Origin: Myxococcales bacterium
GTDB taxonomy: Bacteria > Myxococcota_A > UBA9042 > JABWCM01 > BTVJ01
NCBI GenBank assembly: GCA_045863395.1
Contig: BTVJ01000035.1
Coordinates: forward strand, 1-64,000
Direction of reading: 5' to 3'
DNA: 64,000 bases
This document shows, piece by piece, positions 7,725 to 17,117 of this stretch (position 1 is the first letter of the stretch; every line of letters starts with the position of its first letter). A program made the position numbers and the translations under genes. The notes below the pieces were generated by a model. That model was not told the DNA's origin. It was given only the letters and a program-made list of their open reading frames with translations, and made no database searches.

Positions 7725-10664
7725 ATGGCGGACGACCAGCTCGGCCCCGGGGGAGACGATCAGAGCAAGCGGTTCAAGTCTCGCCTGGGGCCACCACCGT
7801 CACGCCGTGGCGGTGTCGGCGCTCCGGAGCGGCATGCGCGCCGCGAGGACACCTCCCTGGCCCCCGTTCGCCGCATGGCCGAAGCGGACGTCCCCGGGCC
7901 AGTCGAGCCGCCGGTGAGGCCGGAGCCATCGCACGAGAGCCCGGGCGCTTCTCTGGCGGAGCGGCCGTCGGCGTCCTCGCCAGCGCCTGCTCCCGGGGGC
8001 CCGCTCCCCGGGTCCCCAGACGTGTCTACGCCACCGCGAGGAGACGCGAGCCCACCCATCGACGCCGACGAGGCGGGATTCGACGAGCCGTCCGGGTTCG
8101 GGCGCGAGGCGGAGCCGACGCTCGTCAACAACGACCTGTCCGCGCTCCGCCTGGCCCTGCAACAGCGTCGGGCAGCGCGGGACGCCCTGGGTGGGGCGGG
8201 GGCGCGCCGGGCCACCGAGTCCCTCGCGAGCGTGCGGGGGTCTGAGGGGCCCGGCTCCGCCACGTCCGCGTCCGACGCAGCGAGCCCGTCGCCGTCCGCG
8301 CGAACGGCCGTGTCGACAGAGGCCGCCCCGAGCGCCGCTGCGCCCGCCGAGGGCAACCCGGGTGTGGATGACCTGGTCGCCAGTGGGCGGGACCGGGGCC
8401 CGGTGGAGGCTCACGGTGCCTCGCCCGACGGGGAGAGTGGGGCGGCAGGTCCCACGGGCGGAGCCAGCCGCGCGGGCACGCTGGTCTTCGACGCGGCATC
8501 CATTCGACGGGCCCTCGACGAGCTGAGCGACGGGGATGTGGGCGCCGAGGGTGACGACGCCTCGGAGACAGCGGCCCCGGGGGGGCGCGACGCGGGCGCG
8601 CTCGGGGAGCCGGGCGAGCCGCTCCGGCTGACGGGCCTGATCGAGCGAAGCGGCCCCGAGGGGGAGCCGGCGGCGGGTCCTGATGTCATGCCGCTGCCGG
8701 CGCCCGGGGGGCCAGCTCGACCCGCCCCTGAGAGCGAAGGATGGTCCTCCGACGACGCCTCGGAGCAGGTGGCGCTTCACGCCTCGGAGACGGTGCTCCT
8801 CGGCTCCGAGGTCGTGGGAGACGCCGACCCGGGCGTGGCGCTGCACACGTCCGAGACGCTGCTCCTCAGCCTGGACGTGGCGTCGCTTGTTGGGGCTGGC
8901 GACGGGCAGCAGGACCCGGAGCCGCGCGAGGACCAGCCCGCGGACCGCGTCGGAGCGCTGGACGCTGCGCCACGCTCTCCGGCCGACGAGGGGGAGCCGT
9001 GGGAGGACGGGCCTGCGGACTCCCGCGTCGGCACGCTCGTGCTGACCTCGGAGACCTTCGCCGACGTGCTCACCTCCCCCGAGCCGGAGCAGCAGGGGGA
9101 CGACGAGGGCGACGCCCGCCAGCAGGAGACATCGTCAACCGCGGCAGCGCAGCTCCTCGATGAGGAGCTGCCCGCTGGGCCCGTGGTCATGGTCGCGGAG
9201 CGAACGGAGATGACCCCCTTCGGCGAGGAGCCCGACCCAGAGCCGCAGTGGGACCCCGTCGGGGGGGCGACCGTGGATGAGCTCGCCCTGGCGCCCGAGC
9301 GCTTCTGGCCCGACCTGCACGGCGCCCAGGATGACCGCACGTCCGTGGAGCCACTCCACCCGGTCGAGGCCCCCTCAGAGGAGCCCGTTCCTCCCGCAGC
9401 CACGTCCGCGTTCCCGGCGCCCACGTCTCCGAGCATGGGCGAGACGTCGCCTGGGTTTGGCATCGGTGAGGTCGACATCGAGGATCTGGACCCGAGCCTG
9501 CGCGGCGGAGCGATGACGCCGACGGCTCGGATGGCCCACCCGGAGGAGGACCAGTTCAACAGGATGACGTCTCCCAATCTCGAAGCGCACTGGGCGTCGC
9601 GAGCTCGAGAGATGGACACCCACATCCTCGCCGTCGAGGCCGCCGACGAGCCCGCCTGGACCAGCGGCGAGGAGTCGGCTCCGGAGCTGGACGCGCACGA
9701 GGCCTCCAAGCCTGCGCGCGCGCGCCGGACCTCGGGCGCCGCCCTGCCCACCCGCGCGCAACCCCAGCAAGTCCACGGGGAGATGTCGCCGGCGTCGCTG
9801 GTCGCGTCCGAGGCGACCTCCTTCTTGCGCGCCATGGTGTTGCTTGGGCTGCTCGCCCTTCTGGGCGCCTTCGCGGTCCCTACCGTTGTCTCAGGATCGC
9901 TGACCGCGCCCTGGAAGACCATCACCGACGTGCAGAGCCTCTCCTTCCTCTGCGCGGTGTTCTTCGGCATCAACCTGCTGGTCGCCGCCTTGCCCATGCC
10001 CCTGGGCGTGCGCGCCGGCCTGCTGACCCTCGCCTCCGCTGCCCACCTCGGCTTTGGCGCGATGCTCGTGAGGGATGCGGCGCTCCGCTTCTCGTTCCAT
10101 GGTCACCCAGCGTTGGATGAGCTGTTTGCCGCGGGCGCGTTGCCAACCACCGTGGCCCTGCTGGCCGCCGTCGTGCTGCCGGCCGGGCTCTACGCCCGCG
10201 GGCGTTTCACGGGGAGCATCGCCGCGCGGGTCACGGTCGGCATCGGCCTGGCGCTGGCGCTGGTGGTCCTGCTGGGGTGGGGAGCGCTGTTCTCCGCGGA
10301 CGGAGACATGCCCCTCGCCACGCTGGTCGCCCAGGCGACGGGCTCGGCTACGCTGCAAGGCGACCGATTCGCGTCCGTCGCCCTGCTGATCGGCGCCTTG
10401 GCGGTCCCGCTCTCGGGCCTCGCCTTCCTGGGGCCAAAGCGCACGGGTCTCGTCTCCCTGTGGGCTCTCCTCTGGTCCTCGATGTTGGGCGTGGCCCTGG
10501 TCATCGAGGCCGTCCATGTCGTCCACCTGGAGCATTGGCGAGAGGCCCTGGAGCCCACCAAGGTGGCGGCCTTCGTGTTTGCGGGGCTCCTGATTGCCCC
10601 CGTGGCGCTCGGCTCGCTCATCGGGGCGCTCGGCCCAGGGAAGGGGCCAGAGCGCGAGGCGTGA
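7725..10664 (+). CDS. Hypothetical membrane protein: long acidic/Pro low-complexity N-terminus plus multi-TM C-terminal domain
   Basis: AGGAG before ATG 7725 (ORF is open from 7620); about 690 aa low complexity, then roughly 8 hydrophobic segments. Confidence 0.75.
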   Translation: MADDQLGPGGDDQSKRFKSRLGPPPSRRGGVGAPERHARREDTSLAPVRRMAEADVPGPVEPPVRPEPSHESPGASLAERPSASSPAPAPGGPLPGSPDVSTPPRGDASPPIDADEAGFDEPSGFGREAEPTLVNNDLSALRLALQQRRAARDALGGAGARRATESLASVRGSEGPGSATSASDAASPSPSARTAVSTEAAPSAAAPAEGNPGVDDLVASGRDRGPVEAHGASPDGESGAAGPTGGASRAGTLVFDAASIRRALDELSDGDVGAEGDDASETAAPGGRDAGALGEPGEPLRLTGLIERSGPEGEPAAGPDVMPLPAPGGPARPAPESEGWSSDDASEQVALHASETVLLGSEVVGDADPGVALHTSETLLLSLDVASLVGAGDGQQDPEPREDQPADRVGALDAAPRSPADEGEPWEDGPADSRVGTLVLTSETFADVLTSPEPEQQGDDEGDARQQETSSTAAAQLLDEELPAGPVVMVAERTEMTPFGEEPDPEPQWDPVGGATVDELALAPERFWPDLHGAQDDRTSVEPLHPVEAPSEEPVPPAATSAFPAPTSPSMGETSPGFGIGEVDIEDLDPSLRGGAMTPTARMAHPEEDQFNRMTSPNLEAHWASRAREMDTHILAVEAADEPAWTSGEESAPELDAHEASKPARARRTSGAALPTRAQPQQVHGEMSPASLVASEATSFLRAMVLLGLLALLGAFAVPTVVSGSLTAPWKTITDVQSLSFLCAVFFGINLLVAALPMPLGVRAGLLTLASAAHLGFGAMLVRDAALRFSFHGHPALDELFAAGALPTTVALLAAVVLPAGLYARGRFTGSIAARVTVGIGLALALVVLLGWGALFSADGDMPLATLVAQATGSATLQGDRFASVALLIGALAVPLSGLAFLGPKRTGLVSLWALLWSSMLGVALVIEAVHVVHLEHWREALEPTKVAAFVFAGLLIAPVALGSLIGALGPGKGPEREA

Positions 10665-10696
10665 GGCGTGAGGCCGATCCCCGCGGGTTCGTCCGG

Positions 10697-11494
10697 TCAG
10701 CGCAGGTAGAGGAGGATGAATGGCGCCGCGAACAGCAGCCCGTCCACCCGGTCGAGCATGCCTCCATGGCCTGGGAGGAGCGCCCCCGAGTCCTTGACCC
10801 CCAGGGAGCGCTTGAACAGCGACTCGCAGAAGTCTCCGGCCTGCTCCAGCACGGCCGCGCCCACACCCAGCGCGATGCAGTCGAGGGGGCTGAGCTCGGG
10901 GAGCAGCCACGCGCGGGCGAGGAAGGCGCCGCCGATGCTCCCGGCGAGCCCGCCGATGCCACCCTCCACCGTCTTCTTGGGGCTGACCTTGGCGTAGAGC
11001 TTGTGCCGTCCGAGGGCGCGGCCCGCGAAGTACGCCATGGTGTCGCCCAGCCACACGGTCAGGAAGAGCAGCATGATCGCACCGCGGCCGCGCTCCTCTC
11101 CAAGATGGAGCAGGAGCACCACGGCCGAGAACAGCACCCCCACGTAGGCGACCCCCGTCAGGAGGAAGGCGGCGCGACGGGCCACCGTCTCCATGGGGTC
11201 GGGGCGCAGGAGCAGCGCGACGAGGGAGAGGATCGTGCCAGCCATCACACCCGCCGCCATGCCCGCGTCGGCGCCGAGCCAGGCGCCGACCACCGGGCAC
11301 GCCCCGGCGAGCACTCCAGCGGCGCGCTCGTAGGCAGGCACCTCCGCCGGGGGGAGGGCCATGCGGACCAGCTCGCGCACGCCGAGCAGCGCCGCGACCA
11401 GGAACAGCGCGAAGATGGCGACGAGGGGCCCGTAGAGGACCAGGGCCACCAGGGCCGGCGCCAGGACCACGCCCGTCAGAATGCGGGTCAGCAC
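10697..11494 (-). CDS. cdsA: Phosphatidate cytidylyltransferase
   Basis: SPKKTVEG, GDFCESLFKRSLGVKDSGALLPGHGGMLDRVD. Confidence 0.95.
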   Translation of the reverse strand: MLTRILTGVVLAPALVALVLYGPLVAIFALFLVAALLGVRELVRMALPPAEVPAYERAAGVLAGACPVVGAWLGADAGMAAGVMAGTILSLVALLLRPDPMETVARRAAFLLTGVAYVGVLFSAVVLLLHLGEERGRGAIMLLFLTVWLGDTMAYFAGRALGRHKLYAKVSPKKTVEGGIGGLAGSIGGAFLARAWLLPELSPLDCIALGVGAAVLEQAGDFCESLFKRSLGVKDSGALLPGHGGMLDRVDGLLFAAPFILLYLR

Positions 11495-12240
11495 GCGACC
11501 CTCCCCTCTGGCCCGCCGACGAGCCCGAAGCGTCGCTCACGTGCCCGGTAGGCGCTCAGCGCGCGCATCAGCTCCTCCTCGCCGAAGTCGGGCCATGGCG
11601 TGTCGGTGAAGTAGAGCTCCGCGTAGGCGGACTCCCAGAGAAGGAAGTTGGACAGGCGCTGCTCTCCGCTCGTGCGGATGACCAGGTCCGGGTCCCAGGG
11701 GATCGCCTCGCTGCGCACCTCCTGATCGAGGCGCGCGGTCGTGACGTCCGACGGCGACAGCTCACCCCGGGCGACGCGCTCCGCCAGGCGTCGCGCCGCC
11801 GCGGCGATCTGCTCGCGGCCCCCATAGCTCAAGGCGAGGCACAGCACCATCCCCTGGTTGGCGGCCGACGCCCGCGTCAGGGCGTCCAGCGGCGCGCGGA
11901 CGAAGGCTGGCAGCCGCTCCTGGTCGCCGATGGTCACGAGCCGCACGCCGTTGTCGCAGATCTCCGACCACTCGGTCCGCAGGAACCGCGCCAGCAGGCG
12001 CATCAGGCCAGCCACCTCGGCGGTGGGCCGCCCCCAGTTCTGCTCGCTGAACGCGTACAAGGTCAGCGCCTTGACCCCGAGGCGACGGCAGGCGCGGGTC
12101 ACCGTGCGGACGGCGTCGGCGCCGCGATCATGACCGGCGATGCGTGGCAGGCCCCGCGCCTTGGCCCAGCGCCCGTTCCCGTCCATGATGATCGCGATGT
12201 GGTCCGGGACCTGTGCCTCGCGGGGAGAGTTCGGGTTCAT
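11488..12240 (-). CDS. uppS: Undecaprenyl diphosphate synthase (cis-prenyltransferase)
   Basis: HIAIIMDGNGRWA, YAFSEQNW, DLVIRTSGEQRLSNFLLWESAYAE; start uncertain (12240 or 12273). Confidence 0.95.
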   Translation of the reverse strand: MNPNSPREAQVPDHIAIIMDGNGRWAKARGLPRIAGHDRGADAVRTVTRACRRLGVKALTLYAFSEQNWGRPTAEVAGLMRLLARFLRTEWSEICDNGVRLVTIGDQERLPAFVRAPLDALTRASAANQGMVLCLALSYGGREQIAAAARRLAERVARGELSPSDVTTARLDQEVRSEAIPWDPDLVIRTSGEQRLSNFLLWESAYAELYFTDTPWPDFGEEELMRALSAYRARERRFGLVGGPEGRVAC

Positions 12241-12300
12241 GGAGGATCCTGGCGCCTGCGAGGGAGGCCGCACGGCGGCGGCGTGTGGCCTGTGGGATGC

Positions 12301-13377
12301 CTATCCGATCTTGGTGCCGCACTCGCCGCAGAAGCGGGAGCCCGGCTTGAGCTGCGCGCCGCAGCCCGGGCACCCCGCGCCCTGGCGGGCTCCGCACTCC
12401 GGGCAGAACTTGGCGCCCGCGGTGATGTGCGCGCCGCAGCCGCTGCACGCCATCACGACCGTCGGGGCCTGGGCCACGGGCGCCACCTGCTGGACCTGTG
12501 GCTGGGCCTGTGGCGCCATGGCGCCGGCGATGGTGTGGGTCATCACCTGGCCCATGGCGAAGCCGGCGCCCATGCCCATGCCCGCCCCCGACATGCCGCT
12601 CGGGTTCTGCGCGGCGTCCCGGATCGCGTTGGCAGCCTGGAACTGGGTGTAGCGGCCCATGTCGCCGAGCACGCCCATGGTGCTGCGCTGGTCGAGGGCT
12701 TTCTCCACCTCGGGGGGCAGGGAGATGTTCTCGATGACGAACTTGCGCAGCGCGAGCCCGTACTCTGCGAACTGCGACTGCATCTTGTCCTGGATGATGG
12801 AGGCGATCTGGTCGTAGTTGCCCGCCAGATCGAGCGCCGGGATCTTCGCCTGACCGAGCGCCGTGGTGAAGCTCGACACCAGGTTCCGCTTGAGCGCCCC
12901 CTCGATCTCCTGCGTCGTGTAGTGCCCGTCGGTGCCGACGATCTCTTTGAAGAAGCGGCCCGGGTCGGACACCTGGATGGCGTAGATGCCGAATGCGCGC
13001 AGGCGGACTGCGCCGAAGTCCGCGTCCCGCATCATGATGGGGTTCATGGTGCCCCAGCGCATGTCCGGGTACTGGCGCGTATTGACGTAGTAGACCTCAC
13101 ACTTGAAGGGCGAGTTGAAGCCGTACTTCCAGCTCTTCAGCGACGTCAGGATCGGGAGGTTCTGGGTCTCCAGGGTGTAGAGGCCCGGCTTGAAGATGTC
13201 CGCGATCTGTCCCTCGCTGACGAAGATCGCCACCTGCCCTTCGCGCACGGTCAGCTTGGCGCCGTTCTTGATCTCGTGATCCTGGTCCGGGAAACGCCAC
13301 ACCAGCGTGTTGTTGGACGAGTCGATCCACTCGATGACATCGATGAGCTGGTTCTTGATCCAGTTGAACAGGCCCAT
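12301..13377 (-). CDS. SPFH/band-7 domain protein (YdjI-like) with C-terminal double zinc ribbon
   Basis: IKNGAKLTVREGQVAIFV...PGLYTL; WGTMNPIMMRD; ENISLP; CSGCG..FCPECG..CPGCG..FCGECG. Confidence 0.88.
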   Translation of the reverse strand: MGLFNWIKNQLIDVIEWIDSSNNTLVWRFPDQDHEIKNGAKLTVREGQVAIFVSEGQIADIFKPGLYTLETQNLPILTSLKSWKYGFNSPFKCEVYYVNTRQYPDMRWGTMNPIMMRDADFGAVRLRAFGIYAIQVSDPGRFFKEIVGTDGHYTTQEIEGALKRNLVSSFTTALGQAKIPALDLAGNYDQIASIIQDKMQSQFAEYGLALRKFVIENISLPPEVEKALDQRSTMGVLGDMGRYTQFQAANAIRDAAQNPSGMSGAGMGMGAGFAMGQVMTHTIAGAMAPQAQPQVQQVAPVAQAPTVVMACSGCGAHITAGAKFCPECGARQGAGCPGCGAQLKPGSRFCGECGTKIG

Positions 13378-13432
13378 GGGTCCTCCTCCTGCGATACGGT
13401 CGAGCCGCGTGGCGCCATGCGCCAGCGCTACG

Positions 13433-14422
13433 TCAAGGGCAAAGGGTCCGGGCGCTCTCGGCCGCCTCGGTCAGCATGCGAACGTTGCGCTCCAGGCGCC
13501 CGGCCAGATCGGCCTCTGCGTCAGGGTCTCGCGCCAGCAACGCCAGGTCGTCCCTCACGGCGCCGGCGGTCTGCTCCAGGCGCGAGAGGCCGCTCTCCAG
13601 CTCGGCTACCTGGGACGTGTTCGCGGACGGTAGCGCCAGGTGCTCACCGAGGGTCGCAGCGGCTCCGAGTACCGCCATGGCGCCCCGACCCATGGCGCCG
13701 CCGACCCCACCGGCGACGAAGCCGACCGGGTCGTCCTCGCTCGAGAGGCGGATGAGCACGTCGCGCATCGCGTCCGCCACCCGCTCATAGCGCCGCCGGA
13801 GGTCGTCCCTGAGGCGGGCTCCCGCGGCGACGACCGCGCGCGCCCGCTCCTCGAGCTCCGGGTCCGCCGGCGCGCCGGGCCAGTCCGCGCGGGCCAGGGG
13901 GCGGGCCGGGTGGCGACCGCGGCCCACGAGGGCCCCGGCGACGAAGGCAACCACCGCCAGCACCGGGATGAGCCACAGCATGCCGAGGGCGACCCCCACG
14001 GCGACGGCCCCGACCAACATCACGCCGGTCCACAGGTTGAGGGCGGCGACCGCCATGGACGGGGCCTCCGGGGCGCCTCGCAGCGCCTTCGCGGGGGCGT
14101 GCAGGTCCTTGAGGCGGGCGACGAGGCCGTTGGCGGCCTCCTCGGTCAGCCCATCCGTCAGCCACAGTGGGGGCTTGCCCTCGGCGAGCTCCGCCTCGAT
14201 GCGCTCCGCCTCCACGTCGCCAAGGAGCGATGCGCAGAGCGCGGCGACGTCCTTGCGCTGGCGAGCCCCCGCCATGGGCTGCAGCACCACGCTCCAAGCG
14301 CTGCCCTTGGTGGCCGGCATGAGCGGGCCGGCGCCGCAGCTCAGGCACACGGACATACCCGCGGGCACGGGCCGTTGGCACCGGACGCACAGCGGTGTGG
14401 CCCGGACGAGCGCCGTGCTCAC
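13433..14422 (-). CDS. Hypothetical membrane protein: N-terminal zinc ribbon, small alpha/beta domain, 2 TM, helical C-terminus
   Basis: CVRC...CLSCG; 'LTDGLTEEAANGLVARLKDL' resembles an L7/L12 C-terminal-like fold; GTG start overlaps the upstream stop. Confidence 0.7.
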   Translation of the reverse strand: MSTALVRATPLCVRCQRPVPAGMSVCLSCGAGPLMPATKGSAWSVVLQPMAGARQRKDVAALCASLLGDVEAERIEAELAEGKPPLWLTDGLTEEAANGLVARLKDLHAPAKALRGAPEAPSMAVAALNLWTGVMLVGAVAVGVALGMLWLIPVLAVVAFVAGALVGRGRHPARPLARADWPGAPADPELEERARAVVAAGARLRDDLRRRYERVADAMRDVLIRLSSEDDPVGFVAGGVGGAMGRGAMAVLGAAATLGEHLALPSANTSQVAELESGLSRLEQTAGAVRDDLALLARDPDAEADLAGRLERNVRMLTEAAESARTLCP

Positions 14423-14811
14423 GGCATCTCCGGCGTCTCTGCGGCCAGCTCTCGCTCCAGCTCGTCGATGTCGTCGTTGCGCTCGAAGGCCGACGAGAGG
14501 AACCGCAGCGCCCCCCGCTCCTCCTCGCTGATGGACCCGTCGGCCCGCACGAGCAGGATGCAGGCCTTGATGAAGAGGCCGCGGAGGAAGGTGGTGTCCA
14601 GGGCTGCGACCGCCTGGTCGATGTCGAAGGGGAGGTCGTCCAGGCCGTCAATCAGGTCCGGGTACCCGGCGTCGGTCACGAACTCCCGGATGACCGCCCG
14701 CTCGTCTTCGGTGACGTGGTCGACGGCCGCCACATACTGGAGACCCGCCGCAAACACGGCGACCTGGTCCCGCGTGAGGATTGCCGATGAACTCCCTTGC
14801 TGCTCTGTCAT
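14419..14811 (-). CDS. TerB-like tellurite-resistance domain protein
   Basis: Duplicated motif VAAVDHVTEDERAVI / LVRADGSISEEERGAL; GGAGG RBS. Confidence 0.8.
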   Translation of the reverse strand: MTEQQGSSSAILTRDQVAVFAAGLQYVAAVDHVTEDERAVIREFVTDAGYPDLIDGLDDLPFDIDQAVAALDTTFLRGLFIKACILLVRADGSISEEERGALRFLSSAFERNDDIDELERELAAETPEMP

Positions 14812-14861
14812 GAGACCTCCGCGGCCGCTCGGTGGTTGGCGACGTTCGAACCGGGCAAGCG

Positions 14862-14890
14862 AGTATAGGAAGGGGGGGAGGAACCGTCAA
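14862..14890 (-). promoter_or_regulatory. sigma70-type promoter of the TerB-SPFH operon
   Basis: Minus strand TTGACG-17 nt-TATACT. Confidence 0.7.
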
Positions 14891-14921
14891 TGCGCTGGCG
14901 GCGCAGGCGGGGTCGACTGGA

Positions 14922-15953
14922 TCAATGGGCCTCGGGGTCCAGCGCGTACCGCCCGTCCCGCAGCTTCGTGAAGCCGCAGCTCGACTTCTGAAGGGCGATG
15001 GTCACGGACAGGCGCAGGTTCATCGCGGCGGGCCACAGGCGCAGCGACTTCACGTAGCGCACGGCGTCGTCGAGGGTCGACGGGCCGTTGTGCTTGAGGA
15101 AGTGGACCATCACGTCGGTGAGCTGGGGTGGCCGGGTCCCTCCCTTGGGCAGCGGCGGGATGTACGCGCCCGGCTTGTCCGTGCCAGCGGCGTCGGGCCC
15201 TGCCGCGCGCGGTGCCTCCGGACGTGCGGGTGGCGAGGCCGCAGCCGGTCCAGCCGACCCGCCTGCCGCCGCTGCGGCGCCTGTGAGCCTGGTCGATGAC
15301 TGCGCCGTCGGAGAGACCGGTGCAGGCGGCGAGGATGACACCGGTGGGAACCCTGGCCCGCCCGGCGCTTGCTCGATGGGGGGAGCGGCCGTGGCGGGGC
15401 GCGGGGGCTGCTCGGGCGGCCTCGGGGCGTCCGGGACCAGGTGCAGCGGTGCTCGGGGCCTCGGCCCGGCGGGAGTCTGGTCCTGCGTGTCCCCCTCCGG
15501 CGCCGCCACCCGGTCGGCGCCAACCGTGAGGGTGCCCGGCTCCGTCAGGCGGCGTCGGCGGCGGACGGTCTCCGAGATCCGCCAGGTCTCGGCCTCCTCG
15601 GTCGTGATGACGAGCACGGCGCGCGGGGGCTCCTGGCGATCTTCGGCAACCGGCGGGAGCGGGGGCGCGGGCGCACGGCGTGGCAGGCGCTCGAGGCGAG
15701 GGAGGGCCACCGGGGGGCGCGCAGGCACGGCCGAAGCCCCTCCCCCCGTCGGAGCAGGCTCCCGGAGGGGGCCACAGAGCGATTCGGTTACAGCGTACAG
15801 CTCGCTGGCGATGCGAAGGCGGTCCAACAGGTTCTCGAGCTCGGCCACCTCGAAGGTGACCCCCTGGGCGTTGCCCCGCGCGAGGGTCGCGCGGCTGCTG
15901 TCCAGGATCAGCGTGATGTCCATGTCATGCAGTTCAAGAGCGAAGTGCGTCAT
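14922..15953 (-). CDS. Hypothetical protein, Pro-rich linker and C-terminal winged-helix (HARE-HTH-like) domain
   Basis: C-terminus QLTDVMVHFLKHNGPSTLDDAV...FTKLRDGRYAL; GAGG before ATG 15953. Confidence 0.6.
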   Translation of the reverse strand: MTHFALELHDMDITLILDSSRATLARGNAQGVTFEVAELENLLDRLRIASELYAVTESLCGPLREPAPTGGGASAVPARPPVALPRLERLPRRAPAPPLPPVAEDRQEPPRAVLVITTEEAETWRISETVRRRRRLTEPGTLTVGADRVAAPEGDTQDQTPAGPRPRAPLHLVPDAPRPPEQPPRPATAAPPIEQAPGGPGFPPVSSSPPAPVSPTAQSSTRLTGAAAAAGGSAGPAAASPPARPEAPRAAGPDAAGTDKPGAYIPPLPKGGTRPPQLTDVMVHFLKHNGPSTLDDAVRYVKSLRLWPAAMNLRLSVTIALQKSSCGFTKLRDGRYALDPEAH

Positions 15954-16084
15954 CCTCAAAGTCCTCTGCTCGAGCCACTGCGCCTTGCGGTGCCGCTCCC
16001 GGCGTGTACAGTCGTCGTGCGACGGGCCGTCGGTGGTGCGCAACCTACGAGACGAGATCCTGCGCAGTCAAGTGCCCCTGTCAG

Positions 16085-16100
16085 TGTGATCCCGGTCGCA
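16085..16100. promoter_or_regulatory. CRP/FNR-family-like operator between divergent genes
   Basis: TGTGA-TCCCGG-TCGCA, one mismatch to TGTGA-N6-TCACA. Confidence 0.4.
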
Positions 16101-16153
16101 ATGTCGCACCGGGCTGGCCTTGGTTGTTGCTGCGTCCGTGTGATGTAACCGCT

Positions 16154-16906
16154 GTGGAGTGCGTGGAATTTCCAGAGGCTGAGCGAGACGCTGCTCGGCG
16201 GATCGCCGCGGTGGTGGACCCTGACCTGCGCGCCCGCGTCGCCGCCAGGGTGCTCGGGGCCATGGCGACGCGGCAGGCCGTTGCCGTGCTCCACGGGCTC
16301 CAGCTCCGGGGCGGCTGGCTCCACCCTGAGCGCCCGTGGGTGGCGGTGGCTCAGGCGCTGTTGAGCCCGACGCTGGTCGAGTACGAGACCCGCAGGGCGT
16401 GGCACGCAGAGGCCGTCGCCGAGGGGCTCCTCGGGGTGCGCCACGCTCTCCTCGACACGCCGGCGCGCCGGGTCCACCGGCCCCAGGCCGACCCCGTCCC
16501 GGGGCTCACCCTGGGGGAGCGCCGCTGGAGGGCGCGCTTGAGAGACCCCAACCTGCTGGAGAAGCTCCGGCGCGATCCGGATCCTGCCGTTGTCGCCAAC
16601 CTGCTCCGTAATCCGCGGACCCTGGAGCTGGACGTCGTCCTCCTCGCGAGCCAGCGACCGGCCTTCGCCCACGCCCTCACCGAGGTCGCCCGGGACCCTC
16701 GGTGGGCGGCGGTTGCCGCCGTCCAGCTTGCGCTCGTCCAGAACCCGTATGCGCCGACGAGCTTGTCCGTGTTGCTGCTCCCGCTGCTCAGGCCATCGCA
16801 GCTCGCAAAGGTGGCCGCGGATGGGACCCTCCACGACGTGGTGCGCGAGGTCGCTGGGTGGCTGCATGCGCAGGGCGGATCGGGGACTGCCGCGGCTGTA
16901 CGCTGA
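16154..16906 (+). CDS. Hypothetical helical-repeat (LRV/HEAT-like) protein
   Basis: LLEKLRRDPDPAVVANLLRNPR...LALVQNPYAPTSL; start uncertain. Confidence 0.65.
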   Translation: MECVEFPEAERDAARRIAAVVDPDLRARVAARVLGAMATRQAVAVLHGLQLRGGWLHPERPWVAVAQALLSPTLVEYETRRAWHAEAVAEGLLGVRHALLDTPARRVHRPQADPVPGLTLGERRWRARLRDPNLLEKLRRDPDPAVVANLLRNPRTLELDVVLLASQRPAFAHALTEVARDPRWAAVAAVQLALVQNPYAPTSLSVLLLPLLRPSQLAKVAADGTLHDVVREVAGWLHAQGGSGTAAAVR

Positions 16907-17065
16907 CGAGATCGCCGCCGAGCGGCTGTGGGACGTCCATCGTCGGCCGCCGCGGCCCGCTCGCCTCCGGGCCCCAGCGCGGGAGCGGCCCGAGGGGTGG
17001 GGCCCGCAGGGGCAACCTCCGGGTCGGGGCGTCGGGCCTTCGCCGGGACGGGGAGCCGGGCCACT

Positions 17066-17106
17066 GAAACGACAAGAGGCCCGCTGCCTGGGGCAACGGG
17101 CCTCTT
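17066..17106 (-). terminator. Intrinsic terminator downstream of the tRNA (possibly bidirectional)
   Basis: AAGAGGCCCG(17074-17083)/CGGGCCTCTT(17097-17106) stem followed on the minus strand by GTCGTTT. Confidence 0.75.
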
Positions 17107-17117
17107 CTCTGACTGCT

